DNA of 62,818 nucleotides, filler included, from Sphaeroforma arctica JP610 (GCF_001186125.1; 8 parts of 3 records of this genome joined end to end with filler, not necessarily neighbours in it), one strand, 5' to 3'; shown: positions 13,801-27,275, numbered from the whole stretch's first letter. The notes: generated from the sequence alone by a model not told the origin. A program made the numbers and translations.

Positions 13801-16495
13801 GATTCGTTCGAACACGCATGTGTGCAGTAAAGCGTGTCCCGTTTCTTGATCCAACCCGTTTTCTCACCTTTAAGTTCCCATTTCCCATTTTCCTTTCTAG
13901 GAGGGTCTCCTGCTGTGGTGCCAGCGCAAAACCGCCGGCTACGCAGGCTGCGACGTTAAGAACTTCCACACGTCGTGGCAAGACGGCAACGCATTCTGTG
14001 CCCTTATCCACAAACACCGGCCCGATCTACTAACCTACGACGAGCTGCACGAGCAGAACCCGGAGACCCGCCTCAACACTGCCTTCAAGGTGGCCGAGCA
14101 GCACCTGGACATTCCGCAGATGCTGGACACAGCAGATATGATCCAGGAAACACGCCCGGATGAGCGCTCTGTGATGACGTACGTCGCCATGTACTACCAC
14201 GCGTTTGCGGGCATGGGCAAAACCGAGGAGGCAGCCAGACGACTGGAGACGGTGCTGTCCATGAACAGAGAGTTCCAGGAGATGATCAAGGACTACGACA
14301 CGCGGTCTTCAACGCTGATGGAGTGGCTCAGCGCCAAGCAGGCAGCATTTGAGCAGCCACAGCCGTTTGCGACGACCGACGCGCTGCAGGAAAAGAACAC
14401 GGAATTCGGCGAGTACAAGAAGAGCGAGCGCCCTCCCAAGAGCGATGAGAAGGTGTCCCTGGAGGCACACTACAGCACGCTGCAGACCAAGCTGCGCCTC
14501 AACAACCGACCGCCCTACAACGCGGAGCAGGGCGTGTTGATCTCAGATATTGATACTGCGTGGAAGCAGCTTGAGCAGACCGAGAAGGACTATGCCGTGT
14601 TCCTGGAGAACGAGAGCACGCGCCTGGAGAAGTTACAGAGACTGTCGCAGCGGTTTGAGGCCAAGGCCCGGTTCTTCGAGAAGTGGATTCAGGGCAAGCA
14701 GGAGATTGCCTCGTCCGACAATGTGGGACATGACTTGCCCTCAGTCCAGGCGCTGGTACGACAGCTCAAGGCCTTCCGTGGAGATGTCAAGGCGCACCAC
14801 GAACGCCCAAAGCAACTGGCGACGATCGCCCAGCAGCTGCAGGATGGGGGTTACGAAGACGCTGAGGGTGTACAGGCACGCGCGAACGAAATTGCGGCGA
14901 GCTATGATAACCTTAACAACGCCGCAACGGCGCGGAAAACGGCGCTGGAGGAGAGCTTGGCCAAGCACGAGCAACTCGACGAGCAGTTGCTGGACTTTGC
15001 CACACGCGCGAGTAACATTGTGTCGTGGTGTGAGGGCACGCAGGAGGATCTCATGGAGTCCCTGCACGTGCGCACCATGCAGATGTTTGAGAACGAGGTC
15101 AAGACCTTCGAGGCGACCAAGGCCGACATTGACGCCCACGCCCAGGAACAACAGGATGTGATTGCCCTGGGTACCCAGTTGGAGGGAGAGTGTGTGGAGA
15201 ACCCCTACACACAACACTCGGCACAGAGTGTGCAGGCACTGGCGGATGAGATCAGCGAATTGGTCACACAGCGCGATGCACAGTTTGTGGAGCAGAAAGC
15301 GCTCCAGGAGTCGCGCGAGAAGGTGTGCAAGGAGTATGCGGAGTATGCCAACCCGCTCGGAGAGCAGCTGGACGCCAAGATTGCCGAGATCCGCAGTACC
15401 GAACATTCCGGTTCGCTCGAGGAGCAGCTGGCGGCTGAGAAGGAGACGCAGAGCGTCGTTGAGGAGTTCAACGCCAAGGCTGACGGCGCGCACGAGTTGG
15501 CGTCCAAGGTGTCTGCCGAAGGTATCACCCAGAACCCCCACGCCCAGTACACCAGCGATGAGATTGCGGCGCGCATTGAGCAGCTCAACGGCATGTGTAC
15601 CAAGAACATCAACACGCTGGAAAACCAGATCCTCATGCGGGACCAAAGCGGGATCTCCGAGGAGAAGATGCAGGAGTACAAGGAGTCATTCAAGTTCTTC
15701 GACAAGAATCGCTCCGGTGTGCTGGACCGTCTGGAGTTCCGTTCGTGCCTGCTATCCACCGGCTACGACTTGCCCGATGTCAAGGGTAACGACGGTGCTG
15801 ATCCCGCATTTGACCTGGTGATGGCTGTCGTTGACCCTGAGGGAACCGGACAGGTGTCGTTCGAGGCGTTTGCTGACTTTGCTGCACGCGACAAGCAGGA
15901 TGCTACGTCCTCGGATCAGTTCAAGGAGTCCTTCAAGATTATTGCCGGAGACAAGGTATGTATGATGCATCAACGTGTGTAGAAGACTGGTGTCTGTTCG
16001 CGTGTGCAATTTAGTGCCACAAATGAATTGGGATTAGTAGGCGGTATTCGTGTCTATACTATATCGTTGGGGCTATGAATTGAACTACTTCATTTTTACG
16101 CTTAGTTGGGAACAGCATAGACAGCTGCGAATGAATCGCGCACGTACTAATTCAAGTGTTTTGGTCAAGGTTGTGGTTTGCCGTGAGTGTGATATAGGGG
16201 GCAGTGAAGAAATCTCTGTGGGTGAGTGTTGGCAGTGGAGTTACAGGCTGACTGGTGCTATAAAGCTTCTGAAGGTAGAACCATTCTGCTGGCAATTGCT
16301 CCTTTCCCTAACTCCTAAACTTCACACCTAAAATCTTGAACTCTACTCTTGCAGGATTATATTACCGAGGAAGAGATCCGAAGAGATATGTCACCAGCAA
16401 CAGCCGACTATATTATGTCCGTAATAAAGCCTAAGGAGGGTGTTGAAGGAGGCTTGGACTACTTGGCGTTTACAGACGAGATTTTCCAGTCGTAA
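10818..16495 (+). CDS. ACTN: Alpha-actinin (2 CH domains, 4 spectrin repeats, EF hands), 872 aa, 4 coding exons
   Basis: Exons 10818-10904, 11665-12000, 13901-15955, 16355-16495. [59 protein letters not shown] loop [15 protein letters not shown]-terminal [12 protein letters not shown]. Probable 5' UTR exon ends at donor 10245. Confidence 0.96.
13605..13690. repeat. 35-bp tandem repeat x ~2.5
   Basis: atgtctgtggctatgtttgtcacaaagcatacagc. Confidence 0.8.
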
Positions 16496-16894
16496 ACGTG
16501 TCGTTGCTAGATAAGCCAATTATTTTACCGTATTGTTTGGTGGTGGATATAAAGGAACGAGTACAAACAGAATAGTATTCTGGGTGTGCATGTCCGTATT
16601 TAAGTTGCAATAAAGACCATCTTAAATTACTGCTACGTTATGTCGTCCATGACTCCAGGTTGTTTTATTACTTCGTTCAGATATCATCGTTTCCTTTTTC
16701 TAAATTGTAAAACAGATGTATCATATATACCTTTTTCACTTTTCCACTCTTGACATGCTTGACATAGCAGTCTGCATGTCGAAATAAAAATGAAATGTTA
16801 TATGTGCAAATACAAAAAGTGCACGACAAAATGATGAGTGATATGCTTCATCCGTTCAACTCTCTACGACTGCGTACATAACTAGCACACAAGT

Positions 16895-17405
16895 GTAGGC
16901 AATGCTTGCTAAAAAAATATATGAAACTGTAAGCTATACTTGCTAGTATTTCGTATGAAACTGTAGCCTATACTCGCGAGCAATTTTAAGCTATACTTGC
17001 TAGCAAACTTGCATGAAACTGTAGACTACACTTGCTAAAAACTTGCATGAAAATGTAGGCTATACTTGCTAGTAATTTTGTATCAAACAGTAGGCTATAC
17101 TTGCTAGTAATTTTGTATCACACAGTAGGCTATACTTTCTAATAATCTTGCATGAAACTGTAAGCTATACTTGCTAGTAATTTTGTATCGAACAGTAGGC
17201 TATACTTGCTAATAATCTCGCATGAAACAATAGACTATACTAGCTATTAATTAAGTATCAAACTCTAGGCTATACTTGCTAGTAATTTAGTATCAAACTG
17301 TAGGCTATCTTGTTAGCAATTTGATATGAAACTGTAGGATATACTTGTTAGCAATTCTGTATGAAGCTACAGGCTATACTTGCTAGTAATTTTGTATCAA
17401 ACTGT
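16895..17405. repeat. Intergenic minisatellite, 35 bp x ~14
   Basis: gtaggctatacttgctagtaattttgtatcaaac(a/t); period 35 (17055, 17090, 17125). Confidence 0.9.
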
Positions 17406-19332
17406 AAATTAGTGTACAGACATCGAGTGTACATGCGCGTTTGTCGGTATTCGGCGGTGTTCGTCAACGATATCAGTATTGATCGAACGACAGTTCAAAC
17501 CTCCGAGTTTAGTACATATTACACTTCGATCATATAGGTTCCTTATGCCCCCATGAAAAAATTATTCAAAGTTGTATCTGTACTCGGTACTCCAAACATA
17601 GTCTATTCACTCAGAGCCCAGTAACCATCAAGCTATCCGACATATTGCAAGTACAATTTGTGGTCATTGCAAATTTTGTTCAACTTCTTTTGCGATACGC
17701 TACAGTGCAGGAGCATGCTCAATTGTTTTCATCGTGTAACCGATTTTAATATGGGATATGCCAAACAAAACGAATAGATGGTTCGCGATTGTAATACGCA
17801 CGCCAAGTGCGATTGTAGTACGCATGTCAAAATAAAGTATCAGCTTAAGGCGGTTCTCGCATCTAGTCGCCTGATGTATAATCGTGTTATGAAATGAACC
17901 AAGCGTGTCAAATTTTTGAGCTAGATATCGAGCATCAACTTGCTTTGCGAACAGACATATGTCTGAAGTAAAAGCAAAACCCCCAAAACTGAAAACATAC
18001 ATATGTAAATAACAAAATAAAATACACGCCATACCTTGTATATATTTATTCCGAGATACATACCGACAAACCAAAAAAAATAATATATATATATACTTGG
18101 CAAATTTTATAATTTTAAAATACATGGGCGCGCAGGCGTAACTTTAGAGTAGTCGAATAAAAATAGTCCAGTAATCACTAATCACAAGCTCACTTCAATG
18201 ACTCCATGTATGCTTTGGAATCCGAATTAAAAATTATGAGCATATCAAGGCGACGCATGTTATTGGCACTTTGACCTTGCTTGGCACTTGGCAGTGGTAG
18301 TGTGGTACACCTAACTCTTGACGCTATATATGTCCTATGCCTATTGTATTAGTATTTATTTACACGCTACACTGTCTACACTTTACAGTCGGACAGTCCA
18401 TACTCCACAGTACACAGTCCACACAGACTATGTACGGAGTCACAGACTCACAAACAAACATAAAATCCAAACTTCACAGCCGCTGCGGCTGTGCCCCCAG
18501 TGCCCAGTGCCCAATGCCCACCATTCAATGCCCACAAACACTGTCGTCTGTCGGCTCACACTCGGCTGTCCTCCCCCAGCCCCAGAGAGTGCCTTACCTG
18601 AGACCTGGCAGGCTGCGACACCTGTGACAATTGACAAACAGTTAAAAACTGCATAGCCTTCTAAATTGAACACAAACTGCAGTCTACAGAAACTGCAGAC
18701 TGCAGAGTGAAGTTACAGGAGCAGTCCTGTAGAGTGTAGAGTGCTCACTGCTCACTGCAGTCAATGCAGAGTGCAGACTGCAGCAGCTACATGCATTGGC
18801 TAATTATACATACTGTCATAGCGTAGTACTCAATTAAACTCGTACATATGTACAGACTACAGACTACTCCCCACAGTAGTATAGTACATTGTATATTTTT
18901 TGTTATTGTAAATAAATAAAAAACGATGGAATGTAATTCTTTTTAAAAGAGGAAAACCATCCTAATTTAGTGATGGGTTGCTCTATCATTGTTCATATTT
19001 ATAAAAAAACAAAATTTTAAATTTGGTGGAATTTTCATATATGTATGAACCATTTCTTGGGCAGGGGCTGGGAGACTGGGACTATTTAGAAGTGCAATGT
19101 TCTTGCGACTTGCCACTTGCGAGTGTGTGTAACTGTGTACCCAACAAAAGTAGCAAACTTCACATGCGGAGGCCGGAGCTGATACGCCGACACGACTTTT
19201 AGGAAACCGAGCTGACGGCTTCTTTAGTTTTTGGTATACACAGTTATACACGAAAAGGACCGGTGTAGTTTGATCAGAAAGCTATTGTGGCAACAAGATT
19301 TACTGCTATTAGAAACCCAAGAACTAATTATA

Positions 19333-20622
19333 ATGCCACGAATTACATTTACAGTTCTGGTTACGTCGTACTTGGCGGCGGCGGTAGTGGGTATGGCAGT
19401 GGTGAACGAAAGCGTATCAATTACAACATTCAATACAGGCCTTTCAGCTACGGTAGCAAATTATGATTCGCGCAGACTCCTGCTCGCAGATGCACTTAAG
19501 AAAGAGGTCCATACCGATTTATTTTGTATGAACGAAATGTGGTACAAGCAAGATCTCGACCTTTTGTTTGACGACGAGGAGTGGATGGCCCGATATCCAT
19601 ATCATTACCACTACAATAACACCGAGTGGGAGGTTGCTGCGAAAGGAGAGCCTGTTGATTCATTGTGCCCTGCGACGACCACTATCACGTTAGTCAAATT
19701 GATGGGTATTGAGGAGTGTAAGGCTGACTTCACAAAGGCTATTACCGTGGAGGGTAAATTATATAACGATCTGGTTTCTGATCTCTTCGCTCTGCTGGAC
19801 TGTTGGAAGACGAATACACCTGATGATTTCTTGATTATTTTTAACAACAAGAAGTGCTATGGATGCTTAGTGATGGCCGGTACCACTGGAGACATTCCCT
19901 CAATGCTGAATTGTATGCGAGGGAGCACTGACGAGAAGGTCAATGATCAAGCCTTCGAGTCGCTGTTATACGGGTTAGTACTGTGGTCCAAGATACCTTT
20001 GACCAACGTCGGCGGAAAGTCTATGGATTGGGGGATAGTGCCTAGAGCGTTCATTTCTGGCGAAACTGAATTCCAAGGCGTACAAACTGGTGTGCTCTGT
20101 ACGCATGTCGCGGTTGAAGGGCCGGAGCAACAAGACCAATTCCGAGAGATTACTGAATTTGTCAAGGGTGAAGAGGCCAAGGGTATCATTGATTGGATCA
20201 TGGCCGGTGATTTAAATTCAGGACCCGATGCAGCGGATGGGTCAAGTACCTTAAACCCTGACCCGATCAGCACTAACGGAACATCCTCAACGGAGCTCTT
20301 GACTGAATTAGGATGGTGGGGTATTTATGACAACACTGTGCCCAACAAGCCTACCTGGGAACGCCCTGTCATTGGACCTGATTACATGGACGGCAACACA
20401 AACATTTGCGGACATGACACCGGCAAGAACTGCTCAGGATACACTGAAACATGGTCAGCCAAGAATGTGCTTGACCATGTAATGGTATGGGGTGACAGGC
20501 TCCCCCGTGACAGTTCACGGTACAATGCGATAAGAATTTTAGATACAAAGTATCCCTCGAATGGATCAATTGAGGGATATCATATCTCAGATCACTACGG
20601 GGCGCAGGTCAAGCTGCAATAA
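19333..20622 (+). CDS. Secreted endonuclease/exonuclease/phosphatase (EEP, DNase I-like) family protein, 429 aa, intronless
   Basis: Signal-peptide-like MPRITFTVLVTSYLAAAVVG. EEP catalytic motifs in order: ITTFN, FCMNE, LCTH, MAGDLN, LDHV, SDHYG. Cys-rich insertion. Confidence 0.85.
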   Translation: MPRITFTVLVTSYLAAAVVGMAVVNESVSITTFNTGLSATVANYDSRRLLLADALKKEVHTDLFCMNEMWYKQDLDLLFDDEEWMARYPYHYHYNNTEWEVAAKGEPVDSLCPATTTITLVKLMGIEECKADFTKAITVEGKLYNDLVSDLFALLDCWKTNTPDDFLIIFNNKKCYGCLVMAGTTGDIPSMLNCMRGSTDEKVNDQAFESLLYGLVLWSKIPLTNVGGKSMDWGIVPRAFISGETEFQGVQTGVLCTHVAVEGPEQQDQFREITEFVKGEEAKGIIDWIMAGDLNSGPDAADGSSTLNPDPISTNGTSSTELLTELGWWGIYDNTVPNKPTWERPVIGPDYMDGNTNICGHDTGKNCSGYTETWSAKNVLDHVMVWGDRLPRDSSRYNAIRILDTKYPSNGSIEGYHISDHYGAQVKLQ

Positions 20623-21327
20623 TTGTCTATTTATCCTGTAAGCATATAATATACCTGTAATTAAAGCTAAATATACCCATTATTGCTATTTCTACCTGAC
20701 CTGTGTACGCTTGTGACTGTGGTCGCCTGTGCGCGCCACATTTACTTTCACATATAAGGAGTTTCTTAGAGGTGCGTTTTGCAACTCTGGTGTTATCTGT
20801 CGCAGGTGATATACAAGATCTATCTAATATAAACGTTATCACCTCAATTTTGACGTTTGACGTACGCTTGCAGCGGTTTATGAACCAGTACAGGAGAATA
20901 TATTATATAGTGGTGAGTATACATCTAGAACTCCCAAACCCTGAGAAGGCCAACAGACTTCGTTCTGAATTCTACACAGGAATATAAGTTGGTACCAAGG
21001 TATAGATTCGGATGGAACGTATGAGAATGAGTGAGAACCGAATGACCTCCTTTTGCATACCAGTTATGATCATTTGGTGTGGATTAAGTTTAACACTCAT
21101 ATATAATGTATACTACACATACACAGAAAGGCGACAAAGAATAGCACGAAGGTGAAGAGTGTAATGCCTACTTCACGGGTCTAAGAAAAATTGAAGGTCA
21201 CATCGCGACAACGGCGCAAAGCTATTGACGCCCTCGTACCAAAAATCTTACATTGGCTAATGGGCCTTGATCGAAAATTTGAACGTGAAAACCTGAACCC
21301 TTAAGACTTGCCTTAACTAGCTGTTAC

Positions 21328-21488
21328 TTTCCGACATCAGATAATCAGACGAAGGCATTTCGCGCGAAGTTATTCATAAAACAAACACAGTTGAGTTATT
21401 ATTATTGACCTTGTCGTACCCAAAATCGAAACGGCTAACACCTTCCGACATCTGATGATCAAGCGAAGGCATTTCGCGGGATGTTATT
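21328..21488. repeat. Two-copy ~46 bp direct repeat
   Basis: ttccgacatc(a/t)gat(a/g)atca..cgaaggcatttcgcg..a.gttatt at ~21330 and ~21443. Confidence 0.7.
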
Positions 21489-23236
21489 ATCCACACACGT
21501 GACCTGGTCACCTAACTAATATATTTACGTCTGTAGTGAATGGAAACCGGTGCCACGTCTATGGGATGTAATTTGGCCTGACTTGTTTTCTTTGGCACCT
21601 ACGCTCATTTTTGGCCACGGATTACGAAACATTTTAGCACTGTCGCTGGGCGATTCTTGACGTTGTTGACAAAACTCTGACTGGGAGTTTGGCCCCCCTA
21701 TCCAAAAAGGGTTTTAGGGCCACCGGCCACTAAATTGTTTTTAAAAAACTACTACGGATACAAAGAAATTAGAGTACAGAGTGAGAGAGAGTCTGGACTC
21801 TGGAGGCTGAACTCTTTAGTCTGAACTCTGGAGTCTGGACACCGGTGCAGTGGTGAGCAGGAGGTGAGTGAGCCTGGGGACAGATTTATTTATTTTATGA
21901 TTTTTGTTGTTGTTGTTTTTTTGTTTTTTTAAAACAAACAAAACAAAACAAAACAAAATGCATAAATACATATTTTTAGTCACCGACACCGACAGACTGA
22001 CAGTGTTACAGTGTCAGTGGAGATCAATCGACCATAGACGATTACAATAACTGGCGCTCAACTGAAGTCTGAGAGTCTGAGACTGAGTTTCAGACTCTCT
22101 GTATTCCATACCCTAATAATAAACTCGCCAATATTAGTCATAGCCTTCTGAAAATTAAACATAGTCTCTTACATAGTCTTTAGGGAGATGTATTCATCTT
22201 TTTTTAAATCAAAAACAGAACAAAAGGTAGATAATTTGATAAACATGTATGATTTTTTTTTTAATAGGCTATGTATTTATTGGGGATTTCATTTTTCAAA
22301 TTTTGTTTTGATTTTTGGGTTGTTGTTTTTTTAAGAAAATAACAAAAGACAAAACAAGCATTTTTTTGTTTTGTTTTGTTTTTTGTTGTTTTACAAAAAC
22401 AACAAACAAACAAAAAGAATTTTTGTACTTTTTTAAAAACAATACCAAAAAGTTAAAAGACAAAAGTGTTTTATATTTGGGCATAAATAAGAATCTTAGG
22501 ATCACGGGATCAACACTCTGCAGAAGCTCTGTAGTATTTATTTAGTCTATTTACTCAGTAAATACATGGTGTGGAGATTTGGACTTAGAGACTGGAAAGC
22601 TTTTGTTTGTTTGTTTTTTTGAACATACAGAAAAGCGAATCTCTTTCCAGTTCCAAAGTATCCCACTACCTCAATTTCCTACTCCCTAGTTGGCAACTCC
22701 AGACTCCAGACTCCAGAATTTAAACCCTAACCCCCTCTCTATAAAGTAAACCTTTCATGCTTAACTTTGATCTACTCGATATAAAGAGCAGAACGAGAAC
22801 TTACTGCTAAATAATTTAGATTCTTTTTATTTATGTATTCGTATATTTTTTAAATGAGAAAAGTATAGTACAAAAATTACAAAACTCACAACGGAAAGCT
22901 GAGAAACTGGAACAATCTGTTAATAGTCAGTCACTGTCAGATCGGACTTTCGTCAGCTCACACACGGCCTGTCTGCCTGTGACTGAGTGTAGCACAGTAC
23001 ACTAGTACTCTGATTGAACTCTGACACTGTGACTTTTCTGTACAACAGTGCCTTCTTTTTCTTTATGAACAAACGCACCCAAATTGACCTTAGAGGCACT
23101 TCAAGGTGTGCGAAATTTTATGAATTATGAAGTATAGCGTGTTGGGGGGGGGAGGGGGGGTGGGATGCTCTAATGAACATTAAAAGTCGTAGTTTACAAA
23201 ATATACATCGTAGATGGCGTTGGCGATGCATATATA

Positions 23237-23336
23237 NNNNNNNNNNNNNNNNNNNNNNNNNNNNNNNNNNNNNNNNNNNNTTAATTAATTAANNNNNNNN
23301 NNNNNNNNNNNNNNNNNNNNNNNNNNNNNNNNNNNN
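23237..23336. other. Assembly gap with six-frame stop linker; also at 42284-42383, 47173-47272, 52154-52253, 54970-55069, 58229-58328, 60502-60601
   Basis: Identical N44-TTAATTAATTAA-N44 blocks, mostly next to (TA)n tracts. Confidence 0.97.
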
Positions 23337-23347
23337 TAGTAGTAGTA

Positions 23348-23462
<115 letters not shown>

Positions 23463-23771
23463 GTTATAAATATATATATATATATATGTATATGTGAATG
23501 TATATTTATAGTTGTACATGTAGATATATCTATTTCAGTCAATATGTATATATATGTGTGTATATATATATGTATATATATATACATAAATATATAAGTG
23601 TTTGTGTGTATGTGTATACATATATATATATAACACTTAGTATACTTCTGTTCTGTGTATGATGTGTATTTTATCTACTATATATATGACACATATCCTC
23701 TCATTTCTATATGATAAATATCCCACTCATCCACGTATACCCTCTCATTTCCGTCTTCTCCGCTCCTATAG

Positions 23772-26700
23772 TGACCGCTGATCAATCTACCGAGGGCTCT
23801 GGTGGGAACTGCACGGAGGAAGGCTTGGAGAGCGATGTCATTATCGTGCACGAGGTCAACGCACACACCATACAGATGAAATTTAGTGCCAGCATACGCA
23901 ATGCTGGCAACCAACCATTAGAAAAGAAGGCTGTCCATTTCCCCTTTGATGTGGTATGTCTTGATCGGTGTGGTATGTGTGAATGATATCATATCTCTAT
24001 ATGGATGTTTATATGATGATATCTGTGTAGAATACTTAGATTTGGATATCTATATGTATATGTGTGCCTGTTATAGATAAACTGTTGTGCCAGCATACGT
24101 AATGCTAGCAATTAACCATTTGAAATAGTTGTATCTTCGTTTTGATGTGGTATGAGTCTGTTAGTATGTCAATACTGTATGTGTGTATGATGGTACCTGT
24201 ATCATATGTGTATTATTGTTTTACACGTCAATATATTCATGTCTGTACGATACTATTTGGATTCATGTGTCTACGGTAGTATCTGTATTGAATACTTGCA
24301 TGTTATAGTATTTTTGTTAACTCTCAATGAGTCCTATTCTATAGTCACAAAAGTTTTAGCCACTGTGACAATACTAACTTACTTTAAATAATACCTACGG
24401 TACTCCCAATGAGTCCTATCCTACAGTCATAAGAATTTTAGCCATTGTGATGGTACTAACGTACTTTAAATACTACCTACGGTACTTTCAATGAGTCCTA
24501 TCCTACAGTCACAAGAAGTCTAGCCATTGTGACGGTACTAACGTACTTTAAATACTACTTACGGTACCCTCAATGAGTCCTATCCTACAGTCACAAGAAT
24601 TATTAGCTTTTGTGACCTTTATTCTCAATGAGTCCAATTTCCTTTTTTTAATTTTTATAGGTTTCTTTTATCCAACGGATAGTACACATGTTGCTATCTT
24701 CAGTTATATGTATTTTTAGCCATTCAACCGTCGTGCGCCACTCCTAAGCAGTGTTCTAGCCCACTTTCGCAAAATGTCATATCATGGATACTCAGCATGC
24801 CTCCTAATTCTACCCACGAATCTACAAGGCAATTTATATGAAAGTAGTGCTTGTACGTTTGTGCAGGCATCTAACTCATCTTCGCAACCCATCGAATTAT
24901 GAATTCTCGAGTGGCTTGTACCTTACAACATACGCACGCATCTATAAGATATCCAAGGAGATCGAGTTAGTTACATGTATCTGCTTTACCTTGGGCTATG
25001 CAGAATGTGGACACAGCCGAGGAGGTGGCCAATGAAATGGTACAGTCGAGTATCCTGAAGAAGAAAGACTACAACCGTGTCGTGAAAGGTATCAATATCT
25101 TAGTCAACGAGTGGAAGTCTCAGAAAGCCGCCGACCGCGAGGTGGAGCTGGCGCTGCTGCAACACCAGGCCGAAGCACACGCACACAACAGCACCACACA
25201 CTCGCAAGCACAGACACGCACCCCGAATACAAGGCAGCATGCATCCTCGAACGAGGAGCTTCTAATGCCGGATGCATCCCAGCTACGCAATAACTTGTTT
25301 CTGGACGCACATTTGCGAGGGACGCGGGTAGGCATCACCCCTAACACAACGCCGGACGGTGGGGGGGATTATCAGGGCAGTGTGGGTACACCCACACCCA
25401 TACCCACACCAACACCCACCGCTGCTCAGGTACAGGCCTTGAACAGTGTTAAGGATGCGGATACGGCCAGCGTATCTTCCACTCACAGCTCGCCGAGAGG
25501 ATCGGTGGTGAGTGCGGCGTCTACGCTGCAGAGGACTGGCCAGCAACTGCAGCACCACACAACGCTGGCAGCTAGTGACCCACTCCCACAACAAATAGGA
25601 CAGCCCAATCAGGCTGGTCAACCGGGCTATCCACAACAGCAGCCACAGGGCTTGGCGCACGCACAGTTGCAAGCCCAGGCACAAGCACAAACACAAGCAC
25701 AGGCACAAACGCAAGCACAGGCACAAGATCATAATGTAGTGCAAGGACAGGGGCGTGCGAGGGGGTCCGTGCCCACTAATATACAGGGCCAAAATGCACC
25801 TCAAATGACACAAGGAGGGCCGAATTTGCCCCAAGGACAAGCTCATCAGCGCGCAAACTACAGCCAACCGGAACTGTCACAAATTAAGAATAATTTACGA
25901 ACTGCAGCACCACAGCAACACCAAAATCAGCCAAATGCCACAGATGGCGTGGTTGCTATGGATACTGGTGGATCAGTGGGTGGTCCCGGACAGCCCAAGG
26001 TCGGGCAGTCGCAGTCTCAGCCGAGTCTGGCGTTGCAGACAAAGAAGCACCAACAACCACAACCACAACCGCAACCACAACAACAGCAGCCAGGGAGGTT
26101 CCCCGCCAAACCGACACTCAGCCGACTCCCGTCCGTCACAGAGGTCGGGGTATTACCCAGCTGGCAAGAACGGGTGGAAGTGGCCGTGGAGTGTTTATTC
26201 GACGGCGTACCCTTGAATACGTGTCAGGGCTTCGCAGAACTGGTGAATCGGCAAAAGGCGGGGATGCTGGATCTGCTGCAGAAACATCGGGAGGAGCGGC
26301 GATCGTTCGTGAATGCACAACGTCAGAGCCAAAATCAGGGTCAGAATGCGACACCGAATTTGGGCTCACTGGGTGCACCTGCAGCCAAGCAAACGGGGCC
26401 GAGGTGGTCCAATAATATCACACCACAACCGTCGCCAAAGGACAGTCCGAAACAAGCGAATTCGCCGAAGGTATTGCCGACTGCACTGAATCTGGGCAAA
26501 ACGGCGATTTCCCATCAGAATAATGCAAGCGGTAAGTGATCTATAAAATTGTATATTTATTTGTCATATTATTTATATATATATATATGTATATAGATGT
26601 GTGTGTGTGTGTGTGATTTATATTTGTTTACATTCAAATTGTATGCAATCAATAATTCAAATCTTTAAGTCGTTCATCGGCTCTGTCCCTGTTTACATGG

Positions 26701-27168
26701 TCCGTTTTTGTGCACAACCAAATCATCCTTAAATCCTACACTAAAAATCGATACTCCCTATCAGGTGATGATCTTTCGGCTTCCAAAACTGACAACGCCG
26801 TTACCAAGGTAGGTTTATTTTGGGGGTTCGTTGTTGTTGAGTGATTAGGGTTGGTTGTGAGCTGATCGAGGCATTTGTCAAATTGTGTCGTTAATGTGCC
26901 GATTTCAGAATCTCGATATGTTGGAGTTGTTTTGCCTATTCCAGATATTAAAATTCTTCTAGCTTGCCAAAATTAGGTGTCGTATACACGAAATCCCAAC
27001 ATTCCGTTTTGTATCTTACATACTTACAGACCTCCTCGCCAGCTCCGTCGAACATCGCAGCGTTTATGTCTGAGAAGATGTTGCAGTCGATTGTGTCGCT
27101 GCAAGACGAAGGGACCATGTCCAAGTCTAATAAGAAGCAGATGAAACCCGCTTCGGTATGTTTATGTA

Positions 27169-27207
<39 letters not shown>

Positions 27208-27219
27208 CACATATACATA

Positions 27220-27275
<56 letters not shown>

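Noticed and set aside
14349..15821. Long alternative-frame and antisense ORFs over alpha-actinin
   Set aside because: Shadow ORFs caused by GC3-rich codon bias.
16895..17405. 35-bp array, and the other 32-36 bp arrays, as CRISPR
   Set aside because: Head-to-tail units without unique spacers, no cas genes, eukaryotic context.
17410..18125. Minus-strand 141-aa ORF and adjacent coding-like sequence
   Set aside because: No motifs, stops nearby, starts in an AT-rich tract; cannot be assigned.
23281..23292. Recurrent TTAATTAATTAA palindrome
   Set aside because: Artificial linker inside N-gaps; adjacency across these gaps is also unverified.
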